This document shows, in pieces, positions 35,930 through 49,560 of a stretch of DNA of 64,000 bases. Within the stretch, counting starts at the first letter, position 1; every line of letters starts with the position of its first letter. The stretch is from Felis catus (taxonomy: Eukaryota), in assembly GCF_018350175.1 (NCBI RefSeq), contig NC_058368.1:40550001-40614000 (forward strand), given 5' to 3'. The translations under genes were made by a program, and so were the position numbers. A model generated the notes under the pieces. The model saw only the letters and a program-made list of their open reading frames with translations. It had not been told where the DNA came from and made no database searches.

Positions 35930-36620
35930 TTTCTTTTTTTAATAGCTTTATTGAGAAATAATCAATACACCATACAGTTCATCCATTTATGGTCTAAAAG
36001 CTAATGTCTTCTAGTGTATTCTTAGAGTTATGCATCCATTACCATAATCAATTTTAGAACATTTTAATTATCCCAGAGAAGAAACCCCATATCCCTTAGC
36101 TCTTACCCTCAGTCCCCTATCCTTCCAGTCATAGGTAATCACTAATCTACTTTCTGTATCTGTAGATCTGTCAGTTCTGGACATTTCAGTTAATGGAATT
36201 ATAAAATATGTAGATAGACCTTTGTGATTGGCTTCTTTCATGTAGCATAATGTTTTCAAGGGTCATCTATGTTGTAGCTTTCCTTTTTATTGCCAAATAT
36301 TTATTGTATCAATGTAACACATTTTATTTATGCATTAGTCAGTTTGAGTTGTTTCTACATTTGGTTATTATGAATAAGGCTGCTATGAACATTAATGTAC
36401 AAGTTTTTTTCATGGTCATATGGTTCATTTCTTCTGGGAATTTAAGTAGGAGTACAGTTGTTATATCTTAAGGCAACTCTGTGTTTAACCATTTGAGGAA
36501 CTGTAATCCAAAGTGTCTAACTCTTTTACATTTCTATCAGCAGCATGTGAGAATTTCAATTTGTTTACATCCTTGACAATTTTTGTTATTATTTGTCCTT
36601 TTGATTATAACAGTCTTAGT
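35930..36620 (-). mobile_element. Old L1M 3' end
   Basis: AGCTTTATTGAG, ACTAATCTACTTTCTGT.TCTGTAGAT and GCTGCTATGAACATT motifs. Confidence 0.75.
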
Positions 36621-37739
36621 GTGTGGACTCTTTGTAGATTCGAGACTCCTGACACCTCAAAAAACCAGAAGAGTTCCAAGTATACGTCTTGGTTTTTTGT
36701 TTGTTTGTTTGTTTGTTTGTTTTAATTTCTCCTTTTAGGGAAGGAAAAACAAATAGAGAAGTCTTACCAAAATATATTCAAATTGCCCTAGTTAATAAGG
36801 GAGGAAAAGTTCTGTTTGGCAGTAACATGGTGTTAGCAAACCTTAAACTTCAGCCATTGACTGGAACCGCGCTAAAATTAGATGAGTATTATAAAAAACC
36901 TCAAATAGAGTAAAAGGTATAAAATCCCACATAGGTATTAACTTAGTGAGAGTTTTATACATTTCTTCTTCTTTGTCAATAGAAAATATTTTCCAAACAA
37001 ACCAAATGATAGGTTTATGTTTCTCCATGTCAAAATAACCAGGCGTCTTAAGTTCAAAATAATTCCTATTCTTGAATGGCAAATAAAGCATATATACCTA
37101 CATAAATATGTATAATATATGAAATTATTATATGAAGTTATATTATTTCCAGAGCTAGCACAAGATTAACTTCTTGCTTTGAAAAATACTGGCACTTTTA
37201 AGAAATTTTCAAACCATTGTCGAAGCTCTAATATACATACACACTTATATGTATTTGACTATGGATTAAATGGCCTTGGTTGCTAAGTTACCAAGTAAGA
37301 GGCAGAAAAAATATCAAGTCAGGAAAACAAATAGTAAAAGAAATTGAGAATAAGGTTCCCTCCCCCGCCACCCCCCGGAACCATGCATTTGTGGGAAAAT
37401 ACAGGCCCACAAAAAAATGACTAATAACATCCTAGTGATGGCAGAATGATAGTAAGCAGTGAATGACGCAGTAATCATGAAGTATATGCTACTTGTCATA
37501 GAATTGTGTGGATTGCATTACAGCTTTATGTGTAATTACAGTTTTGAAGAGTGGTTATTTTACACTACATCAAGAATAGTGACTTTATGTTGTTGAGAGT
37601 TTACACTCAGAACTCCCTATACCATCATGAATAAATTACGATAAATAAATGAGTAAAGAATTCATAGAAATTACCTTATACCCATTATTTTCAAAGATAG
37701 ATGAAATGCAAATGCAAAGTGGGACCCCTGCTACACTAC

Positions 37740-37751
37740 CACACACACACA

Positions 37752-37798
<47 letters not shown>

Positions 37799-37804
37799 AC
37801 ACAC
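37740..37804. repeat. (CA)n microsatellite, interrupted
   Basis: Direct reading. Confidence 0.95.
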
Positions 37805-39525
37805 CATGAAGCAAGGGTTCCATAGTCAAATTATTTTCACTGCATAAATCACATGATTTAGTTTTTATGGATAATTGTTGAGGATTTTTTTTTTACTTAT
37901 GGCAGATGTGTTCTTGAAAAATTATGCCTGGTATAGAAAATTTGGAAAGAATCCTAGAACACCCAATTATGCAAGACTTATAGCTCATATAAGGGACACC
38001 TACTGTTTTAAAGGAGAACATGGGATTTATAAATTTTCCACAAAGGAAGTTCTGTCTGAAAGATTTAATGGGACTGGGATTCGAACAAAAGATATTTGTT
38101 CTGTTTTTTGTTTTTCTGACACCCATTTTGTCAACAACAATTAATTATTAAGTGCCATAGTGGTTTGAAATCCCAGCATAAACATTTTACTCACATCTTA
38201 GGAATCCACCTGATGTGCAGCCTAAGTAGAAATGTAAGAAGCATTGGGCATTTTCCCAGAGGTTTATCTATCCTTGTCAATTTTTAATACTTGGAGAAGT
38301 TGCACAATTTTAAAAGAGTTTTTCCCATTTCGAAAGTCTATTTTAAAAGTAAATTAATTTTAGAAGTTACTGACATATTATAGCATATACTTCGTGGCAA
38401 TTAGTTTACTTTGTTTTTATTTAAGTAAAAGAATTTTATTAAGTGCACCAAAGGATGATATTCATCTCTGCTAAGTAATATATTTATGTCCCCAAAGTAA
38501 TACAATATATAATTGGAAAGCCCTTGGCATTATTTTACAGTACATGGCCAGCATAATTGGCTGAATTAGATTAAAAGCTATTGAAGAGTTTAGAATCAAG
38601 TTACAATTAACCACAAATTTATAACTTGTTGAGACTATTTAATTGCGTATATAATGAATATACTGAAATAATTTATTCACTTAAAATTTGATTTTTTAAA
38701 ACAATTCTCAGATCTTTAAAAGCGTAGCATGTTTCCTTAAGTAGCTCACTACTTAATTGTATTTTGAAATGACTTTTGCCTTTGTTGTTTAGTAATACTT
38801 TTGGAATATCCTAACCTTATTTTGATATGTGATATAATAGGGTAACATTAATTTTAGCATACGAGTTATTTATTTAGCATAGGCATAATGCTGTATATGC
38901 TTTATGTGTATTATTTTCAGTCTTCCCACCAGCATGCAAAACATCTTTTCTTTACAAAGTATTCATTGGGGTTTGGAAGATTGGATTAAAAGAGCAATTA
39001 ACACTGACTAGTAAGAGTAAGTTAATGACCTGCAATAAATGAATTCTAAAGCTCATGTTTTGTTCCACTAAGACATGCTGCTGCCAGTTGTTTTCACTAT
39101 TTCTGTATAAAGGTACCTATTTCAGTAAAAGATATTTATGTATCATTTTACCATCAGAAGTTTAAAGATGTAAATATAATGTAAAATAATTAAATCTTTT
39201 GGGGGACAGCAACAGAGTAAGTCCTTGGAGCCATCCCTGGAGCCAGAGCTGTCTGTCCCCTCCTCTTTTACTTCCTGTTGCAAACAATAAAGGCCCTTCA
39301 TACCATAAAACAAAACAGAATGAAACAAAACACAATAATTAAGATAGTACCAATAAGAAAGAACAAATAAGTTGTGATTTCAAGTAAAAACAGGAACATC
39401 AATGTCCTGAGGAGAAGCAAAAGGAGAGAAGGAAGAAGTGGAAGAGGGTTGAGGACGAGAACAAAGAAGAAATGACATAATGGAAAGGAAAAAACATGAG
39501 TAAAAGTTATAATATAATAAAATCT

Positions 39526-39725
39526 TGGAGCGCCTGGGTGGCTCAGTCAGTTAAGTGTCGGACTTGGGCTTAGGTCATGATCTTCCAGTTCATGAGTTTG
39601 AGCCCCGCATCGGGCTCTGTGCTGACAGCTCAGAGCCTGAAGCCTGCTTGGGATTTTGTGTTTCCCTCTCTCTCTGCCCCTCCCCCACTAATGCTCTCTC
39701 TTGAAAATAAACATTTAAAAATATC
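39526..39725 (+). mobile_element. CanSINE
   Basis: SINE body with TSD TAATAAAATCT at 39515-39525 and 39726-39736. Confidence 0.92.
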
Positions 39726-40047
39726 TAATAAAATCTGGTTTCTTACAACCAGAAATCCACATTTAATGACACCTCCTTACATGTAAAATGTGATAATACA
39801 TAATGTTTGTAATGAAGGTATCTGAACTTAAAATCCCCAAATGCTTTTCAGTCATTACTTCAAATTTCCCAGAATTCATTTTACTTTTTTTTTTCTTTAT
39901 AAATACTAATTCTTTTTCCTGAGTACACTGTAATCCCCTCAACCTTAGAAGTCTTGGGACTAATGAGTTTTCTACTCTGTAAATATAAATATATATATGC
40001 CAACATTTTGAAGGATTGTCTTGTATCTCTTCTTGCTATATCCAGTT

Positions 40048-40048
40048 T

Positions 40049-40096
<48 letters not shown>

Positions 40097-40153
40097 TCAA
40101 GTTTATTCATTTATTTTGAGAGAGAGAGTTCTATAAGCAGGGGAGGGGGAGAG

Positions 40154-40208
<55 letters not shown>

Positions 40209-40334
40209 CCCAAGGAGGCTTCGAACTGTCAGTGCAGAGCCTGATGTGGGACTCGAACCAACGAACCGTGAGATAATGACCTGAACCGAAATCAAGAGTC
40301 AGACACTTAACTGACTGAGCCACCCACGCACCCC
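40048..40334 (-). mobile_element. CanSINE with (TTTC)n tail and expanded (GA)n
   Basis: SINE body with approximate TSD TATC(C/A)AGTT at 40039-40047 and 40335-40343. Confidence 0.9.
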
Positions 40335-40964
40335 TATCAAGTTATTTTTCTTAATACAAATGAAAATAATCCCCTTATTTGAAATGTCTTCTATTAGGTG
40401 ATTCCACCATTGGATCACTAACAAAATAACACTTTATTTACCATCTAAGAAAATTCCTATCACATATTCTTGGTGTTAATTGATGACTGATCTTTTTTTC
40501 TCTTTTCCTTTTTCCTTTTCTTTCCCTCCTCTTCCCTTTTCTTTCCCTTCTTTTTCTTTTCCCCCCACTCTTTCTTGTTCTTCTTCTGTTTTCTTTGGAC
40601 ATAAGTCTGCCATCATGTGTGGTGTCTACAGTGAAGGTATATATAGCACATCATTTCTATTGGCCCTTTGATACAATGACATTTATATGTTTATTTCACT
40701 TCTCTCATAGACTTTATGGTATCTCTCTGAAACATTCAAATCCATTTCTAATTCTAAATTTAAACATTGTATTCCAAACCTTTTATTGTCCCAACTCTTA
40801 TTATATAAACATTCCTAATGTAATTCATGAAGTAATAAATGCAAATTAATAACTAAAAGAAATAAAATATAGCTATAATTGTTACATAAATATGAATGTA
40901 TACAATGCATCATTTAAATACAAGTTAGGGAAGTTTGGAATAATCATGGATCAAGCAAGATATT

Positions 40965-41086
40965 TCAAAATACTGATTCAAAGGGGCACATGCACCCTGA
41001 TGATATCAGCAATATCAACAGTAGTCAAACTGTGGAAAGACCCCAAGAGTCCATTGACTGATGAATGGCTAAAGAAGATGTGGTAT

Positions 41087-41135
<49 letters not shown>

Positions 41136-41545
41136 ATGGAATATTACTCAGCCATCAAAAAGAATGAAATCTTGCCATTTGCAACAACGTGGATGGAGCT
41201 ACAGTGTATTATGCTAAATGAAATAAGTCAGTCAGAGAAAGGCATATTCTTTCACTCATATTTGAAATTTAAACAACAAAACAGATGAATATAAGGAAAA
41301 GGGGGAAAAAAGAGAGGGAGGCAAACCATAAGAACTCTTAACTATAGAGAACAAACTGAGGGCTCCTGGAGGGGCAGTAAGTGGGATGATGGGTTAAATG
41401 GGTGCTGGGCATTAGGGGGGCACTTTTTGGGATGAGCACTGAGTGTTATATTTAGGTGATGAATCACTAAATTCTACTCCTGAAGCAAATATTACATTAT
41501 ATGTTAACTAACTGAAATTTAAATAAAAGCTTGAAATATTAAAAT
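40965..41545 (+). mobile_element. Carnivore L1 3' end containing (CA)n
   Basis: ORF2 C-terminus remnants (KLWKDPKSPLTDEWLKKMWY), 3'UTR and AATAAA. Confidence 0.85.
41092..41133. repeat. (CA)n microsatellite
   Basis: Direct reading. Confidence 0.95.
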
Positions 41546-42119
41546 ATATATATATTTCTTTTTAACCTAAAATATTTTTGGCATCCGCTATTAGGGAAGT
41601 AATTCTATTCTATGAATTCCTTGGTCTATAGAACAGAAAACAGAATAATGAAGAAGGAAACAATGAATCACTTAATCACGGTGATGGTAAAGTTTATGTT
41701 AACTAGACATAAGGTGCCCAGACTAATCATTTCTGGATGTGCCTGTGAAGATACTTTTGGGTGGAATTTGCATTTGAAGCTGTGAACTCAGTAGAGTAGA
41801 TTGCCCTCCCCAGTGTGGGTGGGGATCATTCAATTGTGAACCTGAATAGAAAAAATGTGGAGGAATGAGGAATTAATGCTTTTTTTTTCACCTGCCTCAC
41901 TGCTTGAACTAAGCCATCTCAGCTCATCTCTGCTGTCCTTGGACTGGGACTTACACCATCAACTCTGCTGGTTCTCAGGACATCAGACTTGGAATAAATA
42001 GCATCACTAGGTGTTCATGGTCTCCAGCTCACAGACAGACAATCACGGGACTTCTCAGCCTCCATAATCACCTAAGCCAACCTCATAATAAATCTCTCTC
42101 TCTTAAAAAAATATATATT

Positions 42120-42239
42120 TATAATATAATATAATATAATATAATATAATATAATATAATATAATATAATATTTTATATAATATAGATAATATATTTTAT
42201 ATAATATAGATAATATATTTTATATAATATAGATAATAT
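42120..42239. repeat. (ATAAT)n followed by three copies of a 23-bp unit, ATTTTATATAATATAGATAATAT
   Basis: Pentamer run at 42121-42170; perfect 23-bp units at 42171, 42194 and 42217. Confidence 0.92.
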
Positions 42240-42322
42240 AATTTTTATAATATAATACATGTAATCTATATAATCTATAAAATATTTAGTATCTATATAA
42301 ATATATATTATCTATTCCATTT

Positions 42323-42500
42323 TTTAATGTTTTTAATGTTTATTTATTTTTGAGAGCAGGTGAGGGGCCGAGAATCTGAAGCAGCCTCCAGGCTCTGAGC
42401 TCTCAGCACAAGCCTGATGTGAGGCTCAAACTAACAAACTGCGAGATCATGACCTGAGCCAAAGTGGGAAGCTTAACTGACTGAGTCACCCAGGCGCCCC
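42323..42500 (-). mobile_element. CanSINE (short CT region) inside the MLT2 LTR
   Basis: SINE body with TSD TATCTATTCCATTT at 42309-42322 and 42501-42514. Confidence 0.9.
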
Positions 42501-42632
42501 TATCTATTCCATTTCTGTAGAGAGCCCTGTTTAATATAGTCACCTAACCATACTTCTTTATTTGTGAAGCTAGAACATATAGTCATTATTTTGAGTAGCC
42601 AGGTCTCCAGGTAAATATTTAAAATAAAAATA

Positions 42633-42760
42633 TGGGCACCTGAGTGGCTCAGTTGGTTATGTGTCTGAATTTAAATTTCAGCTCAGGTCATGATCTCTTG
42701 GTTTGTGAGATGGAACCCTGTGAAGGGCTGTGTGCTGACTGCTCGGAGTCTGTTTAGGAT

Positions 42761-42796
<36 letters not shown>

Positions 42797-42836
42797 TAAA
42801 CTTAAAAAAATTAAAAGAAAAATAAAAAAATAAAAC
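42633..42836 (+). mobile_element. CanSINE (diverged)
   Basis: GGGCACCTGAGTGGCTCAG head, (CT)n tract and A-tail. Confidence 0.85.
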
Positions 42837-43143
42837 CAACTGTAAAATAAATTTAGGCATCTCAGACAATAGCAGTTCTTAGTATCTTTTAAAGAATAAA
42901 GTGATAATAAAGTACAAATAGGCAAAATAGCACAGAACAGTTTATGTGAAGAAATAATGACCAAAAATACCATAAGTGAATATTACCATCACTCAAAATG
43001 TGTTAAACCTTCAAAGAAAGACTAAATGTGCACATTGAGCAATAAACAGATTTAAAATATGAAACATTCTTGATACCTTTGAGGCACATCAGTATAACCT
43101 TAACATCCAGTACGTATTTTAAGAGAATACTCGTAATACAAAT

Positions 43144-43385
43144 GGGGTGCATATATGGTTTAGTCAGTGAAGTGTCTGACTGTTGATTTCAGCTCATGTC
43201 ATCATTTCAGTGTTGTGGGATGGAGCCCCAGGTCAGGCTCCATGCTGAGTGTCGGGATTCTGCATAAGATTCTCTCCCCCCTCTTTCTGCCCCTTCTCTG
43301 CTTGCACGTGTGCACGCTCTCTCTCTCAAGAATGAATAAATGAATGAATGAATGAATGAATGAATGAATAAATAAATAAAAGAAT
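43144..43385 (+). mobile_element. CanSINE (older) with (TGAA)n tail
   Basis: Degenerate head, GATTTCAGCTCATGTCATCAT body and GATTCTCTC segment. Confidence 0.8.
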
Positions 43386-43984
43386 ACAGGAAATGATAAA
43401 CACTTTATATTTAAGCAGAGAGTAGCTGAGCCTTTTGCTGTTTTATAATCATGAGTTCTTAACCTTAAAGTGCACACTAAGTAAAAACCAAGTAACATAA
43501 AATTAAATCCACACTTAGGCATATCTACTGAAATTCAAGCCATCAAAAATTAAAAAGAAAAGAAAGCTTCTGAAGAGAAAGATTAAAAGAGAAAAAGTCT
43601 TACATTGACAATAGATTAGTAATCGTATGTAGTAGATACAGACAGACAATGAAATACTAGCTTATGTTGCTGGAGGAAAACCAGCAAAACTGTAGTATGA
43701 GTGAGAGTGTGTGACATTTTATCTGATAGCTTACAACCCACAGACTTCGTAAAAGAAATGTTAAAAGCTTTACTTCACCAATATGAAAATGTAAACAGAG
43801 GGAGATAGTGAGATGAAAGAACAAATGGTAACCAAATACATTGTAAAATATCTAAACACTGCTTATAAAACTTACATGCATTACTTCAAAACATTTAAAT
43901 AGCACTGGAGCTAAAATTCTCCTTAACTGAAATAGCTATCTCTTGTTTCCTTAACAAATTTGAAAATTTTTAAGCCACTAAATT

Positions 43985-44510
43985 TATTATTTTCTAGCTC
44001 TGTTGGGTCAGACGTTCCTTAAGTGTTACCCCATATTAAAATCAAAGTGTAGGTGTATCTGTGATCTTTTCTAGAGGCTTTAGGGGAAAATTTATTTCCT
44101 GATCACTTGAGTTATTGCCAGAATTCAATTCACTCTGACTTTATCTTCCATTTTTTAAGAATTCGTGTGATTATATTGGATCCCTAAAATATTAATCTCC
44201 AGAGGCACCTGGGTTGCTTAGTTCGTTAAGCGCCTGACTTCAGCTCAGGTCATGAACTCACAGTTCGTGGGTTGGAGCCCCGTGTGGGCTTCTGTGCTGA
44301 CAGCTCAGAGCCTGGAGCTTGCTTCAGATTCTGTGTCTCCCTCTCTCTCTGCCTCTCCCCTGCTCTCTCTCTCTCTCTCTCTCTCAAAAATAAATATACA
44401 TTAAAAAAACTTTAATGTTAATCTCCATGTTTTAAGGAGGTGATAGGCAACATTGATTCCAGCTGCAACTCTGGTTGCTCTTTGTCATACAATGTAACAT
44501 ATTGGCATTT
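43985..44510 (-). mobile_element. Degraded MLT1-type LTR fragment
   Basis: Motifs such as GAGGCTTTAGGGGAAAAT, GCCAGAATTCA and GTGATTATATTGGA; split by a SINE. Confidence 0.45.
44202..44413 (+). mobile_element. CanSINE
   Basis: SINE body with TSD AAT(A/G)TTAATCTCCA at 44188-44201 and 44414-44427. Confidence 0.92.
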
Positions 44511-44640
44511 GGAAAAGATGGACATATATACAGAGTTCACTTATCATTTCCCTCTTTTCCAGATACCTATCAGGAGAAAGCCCTGAATTCTCCACACACA
44601 CACACACACACACACAAATAATAATCACATGTACTCAGAC

Positions 44641-45183
44641 CTGTGGTGTGCTGCCACTGATTCTAACCCTAAAAGGGCCAATCATTAAATGTTCAGGAAT
44701 TTCATGACTCAGTTATTAAACATAGCCATTATTATTATGTAGTAAAATATGTGACTTAAAGTTAAATATTACAAAATATTACAGTGATAATAAATACACC
44801 AATTTCTAATTATTTAACTAATTTGACCATTTTCTGTGATCTTGTTGTTATTTGCATCCATGTGTGTGGAGGGTGGAAATATTATATAATGGCATTCTAT
44901 GGAACTTTTGTCTTTAATGTCAAAGAACTTACAAGCCAACATTCATGTTGTACCAGTCATTCATAAATCACAACCATACTTTGTTTAAGGATGCAAGCAT
45001 TTGGCAAAAATTAATCAGAGCCTTCTATGAGAGATGATTAACAAAATGGAATTTATAATATAAACTATTGCATTTTATTATCATATGGAAATTGTGGCTG
45101 CCTATTGTTTACATAAGAAAAAAAATCTATATCATAATTCTTTGAAGAGAGCCAGCTTTAAAAATTTCTCCAGCATGGTACTG
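44641..45183. mobile_element. MER63-like hAT DNA transposon relic
   Basis: Starts CTGTGGTGTGCTG, contains TTAAATGTTCAGGAATTT...TTAAACATAGCCATTATTA and GGTGGAAATATTATATAATGG, and ends CCAGCATGGTACTG (decayed terminal inverted repeats). Confidence 0.6.
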
Positions 45184-46093
45184 ATTCTGAGGCACTCACA
45201 TTGATTTAATTATAAATGTCACAAATAAAAGAAAATTCTGATATAAGAAGTTTTCTTTTTGGAACACGTTAGGTTCATCTGGTAAGTACGTGCATGTGTA
45301 TGTGTTAACTATTGACTATTTTTTCATGTGTACATTCCCACTGTACCATGCCCTTTGACATTTAGACAAATAGTATCCATTCATCCTGGTTTTTTAAACA
45401 ACAAAATTATTCAGCATAAGAAGCACACATCTGCCAAATTGTATATTCTAGACATTTCTGTTGATCTTTTCAGATCCTTAGTGATGCCCCCTTTATAATG
45501 TAAAAGCAAGCATAAACAGGCTGCCCCTGAAGCTTCCTTTGTCAAAAATGCATTAAGGTAATATACAGTGGAAGGTTTTCTTTCAATGTTTGTGTAAAGC
45601 TAGAGTATTAAAAAGCAAGGTAATTTTGTGGCTGTTGTTGAAAAGAAATGTTGAAGAGTTTTCCTAAAAATTGTATAACCAGATATTATTTCGAATATGA
45701 TATCATTTTGCAGTGAAGGTATTTCAACTCTAACCTAGTAGGAAAACACAGGGAATATATGATCACATGTGATGATGACACAACTCTAATGTCACTTTTA
45801 TAACTATACATGTTGGTCTGTGTGGGTAAATATGACATATCTTCTACTCAGATTTGACAGTTGTACTTTCAGAAGATTTTAAAACAGTAAATAAGCCATC
45901 CTTTTTGAGGTGAATGTAAAGTGGGAGTTACATACGTTTATGGGATGTGCTTTCATTGCTCTAAGTTTCATATTTCTTTATTCAGAATTGTAATCATCCT
46001 TTAGTAGGCTCGTTCTGTCAAAACCATATCTTGGTGCATTGTGATTCTTCTTAACTAAAGATGTCAGGGCCCGCTATTAAAAAAACTCCTGGA

Positions 46094-46300
46094 GGGGCAC
46101 CTGGATGGCTCAGTCGGTTAAGCGTCTGACTTCAGCTCAGGTCAAGATCTCACTGTCCGTGAGTTCAAGCTCCACATCAGACTCTTGGGCTGACAGCTCG
46201 GAGCCTGGAGCCTGCTTCGGATTTTGTGTTTCCCTCTCTGTCTTCCTCTCCCCCACTCATGCTCTGTCTCTCTCTCTCAGAAATAAATAAACATTAAAAA
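46094..46300 (+). mobile_element. CanSINE
   Basis: SINE body with TSD AAAAAACTC(C/T)TGGA on both sides. Confidence 0.92.
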
Positions 46301-46314
46301 AAAAAAACTCTTGG

Positions 46315-46566
46315 AGATGTAATGTACAGCATGGCAACTATAGTTAGTAATATTGTATTGTGTATTTGACAGTGGCTAAGAGATTAAATCTTAAATAGTT
46401 CTCATCACAAGAAAAAGAAATTCTGTTAACTGTGAACGGTGACAGATGTTAACTAGACTTATTGTGGTGATCATTTCACAATACATACAAATGTCAAAGT
46501 CATTATGTTATATACCTGAAAACTAATATAATGTTGTATGTCAATTTTACCTCAATAAAAAAAAAT
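46315..46566 (+). mobile_element. L1MA/L1MB-type 3' end
   Basis: GATGTAATGTACAGCATG, TTCTCATCACAAG, GGTGATCATTTCACAATAC and CTCAATAAAAAAA. Confidence 0.75.
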
Positions 46567-49344
46567 TAAAGAAAAGTCAGTGGCCAAAATTACTTTAGAT
46601 TCAATTTTCATGTTTTGTTATTTATATGCTCTTTGCTATCTTGTATATCTCTTACCCTTAAACTTTCAGAGGTTTTAAATATGATCTTCCAGATCAACTA
46701 TAACGTATCAGTGTGATAATTCAAACATTTCATTACTAGTCTGCACTGTATTTTATTTTAGTTACCCACCATTATTTTATTTAATTCCTTCACAGTAGAC
46801 CCTTTATTTTTAGTTTCTTATGGTTAAACCCAGATAACTTTGCTTAGCAATTTTCGCTCTGAATCTATAAGGTAGTCTGAAGTATAGTCATTAAATCCTG
46901 CACTCCTAAGGCCTCTATTTTCCCTTCTACTTAATTTATGGAGATTATCACCCTGTAGAATAATATATCATCTTGGCTTCAAAATTTCTCTCTTATACAT
47001 GTTTTTTCTTTCCCATTCTTTAGTCCAGTGGGAGTGGTGCTTTTTTTTTCTAATTGATGCCTTCTATTCTGGACTGCACATACATGCCAATGCTGTGGGA
47101 GTAAATGTCATAGGAAAGAGAGTATCAGAATTGCTTAGTGAAAAGATGCCTCAGAGGAGGGTGGAAGTGTCTCCTCCTGGCAGAAGAGCAAATGGCATTT
47201 GGGAGAGAGGAGAAACAGATGGTGACTCTGAAAACAGGACATGGTAATACCCCCTCTTCATGAAATAAGCATGAGTTGAGTGTGAACCCTGCACAGTTAA
47301 CAATAAATATGGTAGGTCAATTCCCAAGTAATGCACATGGTAAATATGGACCAACGTCTTGATTGCAGAAGTGTGGAAAATACAGACCTCAACTGAAGCT
47401 AGCTTTGTGAGTGAAGTTAGTGAGAAATAAAGGTGTACTTTTAGTGCCTTAAAGGAAAGACGATTCGTAGTTCAAGAACTCAAAGTAATAAACACACACA
47501 AAAAATCAGATTTTATATAAGGAGAAACATATGGAGGTTAAATTTATGATCATAAAATGTTGTTTTCTTTTAATCCCCTGACTATATAATTCTGTAGCAA
47601 GGATAAAGTAAGGCATATTTTCTTTACCAAGTTGTCATTTTGAGAAACTAATCCTTGATATGACTCTAAGTTGCATGTTTATACTTCAGTGTAGTATCTA
47701 TCAACTTTACATCATGTCTGTTTTTCCCCAGTAAGAAAAATGAGTATTCAGTGTTGTTATGCTAGTCTCTACTTTATTTCTTCTCCGCCCATTTCAGTAT
47801 TTTAAAACAAATAGCATTTTTTTTCTATTGGTTACATTTCTGTCTTACAATATTATTATTAGCCACTATGTGGAGTTCTATAAATATTTGATAGTATCTA
47901 TTATTATGTGAGAGGAGAATATTAATGCCTTTGCCTTTCTTCGCACATGGCTTTCCCCAGTCCCGCATCCCAGACTTGTCATCTATTAATTTAATTTTAC
48001 ATTTTGCACTGTAATCTTATTCAAATATTTATTTAATTTAATGCTACCTACTGGTGGATCCTATATGTTGCAATCAAGAGAGGCTTTACAGTGTACTGAT
48101 GATGTAGGATTTGTCAAGTCAGTGTAAATGTCATATTTCCTATGCCATTTGTGAGAATATAGCCAATGTCAAAGGCTGATGAACTTTTTTTCTATTCTCT
48201 ATTAATAATTAGAACCCATATGATGTTTGAATCCAGTTTCATGTTTTAATCATATAGATTATGAAACAACTTAGAATTTTTGTGTACATTATTTGCTTGC
48301 CTTTTCTATCAGGTAATGATTTCCCTACATAATTACACCTTCTCATGGATCCTATATGTTATTTTGCTCTATTTATCCCAGATAGCCTTTTCCAAAAGAG
48401 AATGCTTTATTATACAACTTACAACTTATACAACTTATAACACTATTGTTTTAAGTCCACTTATAGTGGCTTTCAATTCTGACTCTTGATTTTCTGCAAC
48501 TTTTTTTTTTCTGAAGTACATCCCCAAGTTTCCTCAGAAGAGACTGGGTTAACCTTTTGTGGTTCCTGCATACCTGACATTGTCTTTAGTTTACCCTTAT
48601 ATTTTGTCAGATTAATGATGCCTAAATTGTGTACTGTAAAGATTTTTCTATTGTCTTCCATATCACACAGGGATTTCCATCAATAGGCTGGTGACAAATG
48701 AATTCCACTTCCCTTCTAGATTCCCTAGTAGTGTTTTTTGTTTTTGTTTTTGTTTTTTTTTTCTCTCCAAACTGATAATTTATTAGAGGTGTCTACGTTG
48801 GTGTCTACCATTACCCTGATCAGCACACTATATAGTTTCTTTTATTCTAAAACCTTATTTTCTTCAGCTTTATTACTTCTGTGATAGCTTTGCTCCTACC
48901 CATACCTTCACTTTTTTTTCTTTTTTTCTTTTTGTTAGATCTTTCTAGGACCTCTATTTGAATATTGTTCCCCTTCCATTCATTCTATGTTGTGTATTCT
49001 TCCACAGTATACTTACTTCATCTTCTGAAAAATTGAGGTTTTTATTTTAGCCCTTCTGTAGCCCTTTTGTAACATTGTAGGAATCATAGTTTTTAATTCT
49101 AATAAATATGTTTTCCTCCTCCACCCACTTCTTCTCCTATTTCCTTTTCTTATTTCATGTGTGTTTCTATAGAATTGCTTCCAAAATCTCTCTGCAAAAG
49201 ATATTTTAATCCTCTTTTGCTTCTACTTGATTGTCTTCTAATAAGTTGTAATCTTATCTTGATTTTTATCTGTCATGCTTTCTGCTTTTCTCATAAAGCT
49301 GGTGACTGTGGTGTTTAAATTTAAATTTTAAAAGGATAATTGTT

Positions 49345-49560
49345 GGGCACCTGGGTGGCTCAGTCAGTTGAGCGTCCGACTTCAGTTCAGGTCATGATCT
49401 TGCAGTCTGTGAGTTCGAGCCCCACATTAAGCCCTGTGCTGACAGCTCAGAGCCTGGAGCCTGCTTCAGATTCTGTGTCTCCCTCTCCCTCTGCCCTCCC
49501 ATGCTCATGCTCTGTCTCTCTCTGTCTCAAAAATAAATAAGAACATTAAAAAATTAAAAA
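49345..49560 (+). mobile_element. CanSINE
   Basis: SINE body with TSD GATAATTGTT on both sides. Confidence 0.92.

Larger units (their letters stand above)
41681..42538. mobile_element. MLT2-like (ERVL) LTR containing AT-rich repeats and a SINE
   Basis: Recalled MLT2 motifs GATTGCCCTCCCCAGTGTGGGTGGG, CTTCTCAGCCTCCATAATCAC and AATAAATCTCTCT. Confidence 0.7.

Noticed and set aside
37875..38144. Possible exon after a T-rich tract ending in CAG (~37904)
   Set aside because: The peptide is not recognisable, there is no convincing donor site, and the frame simply runs to a stop.
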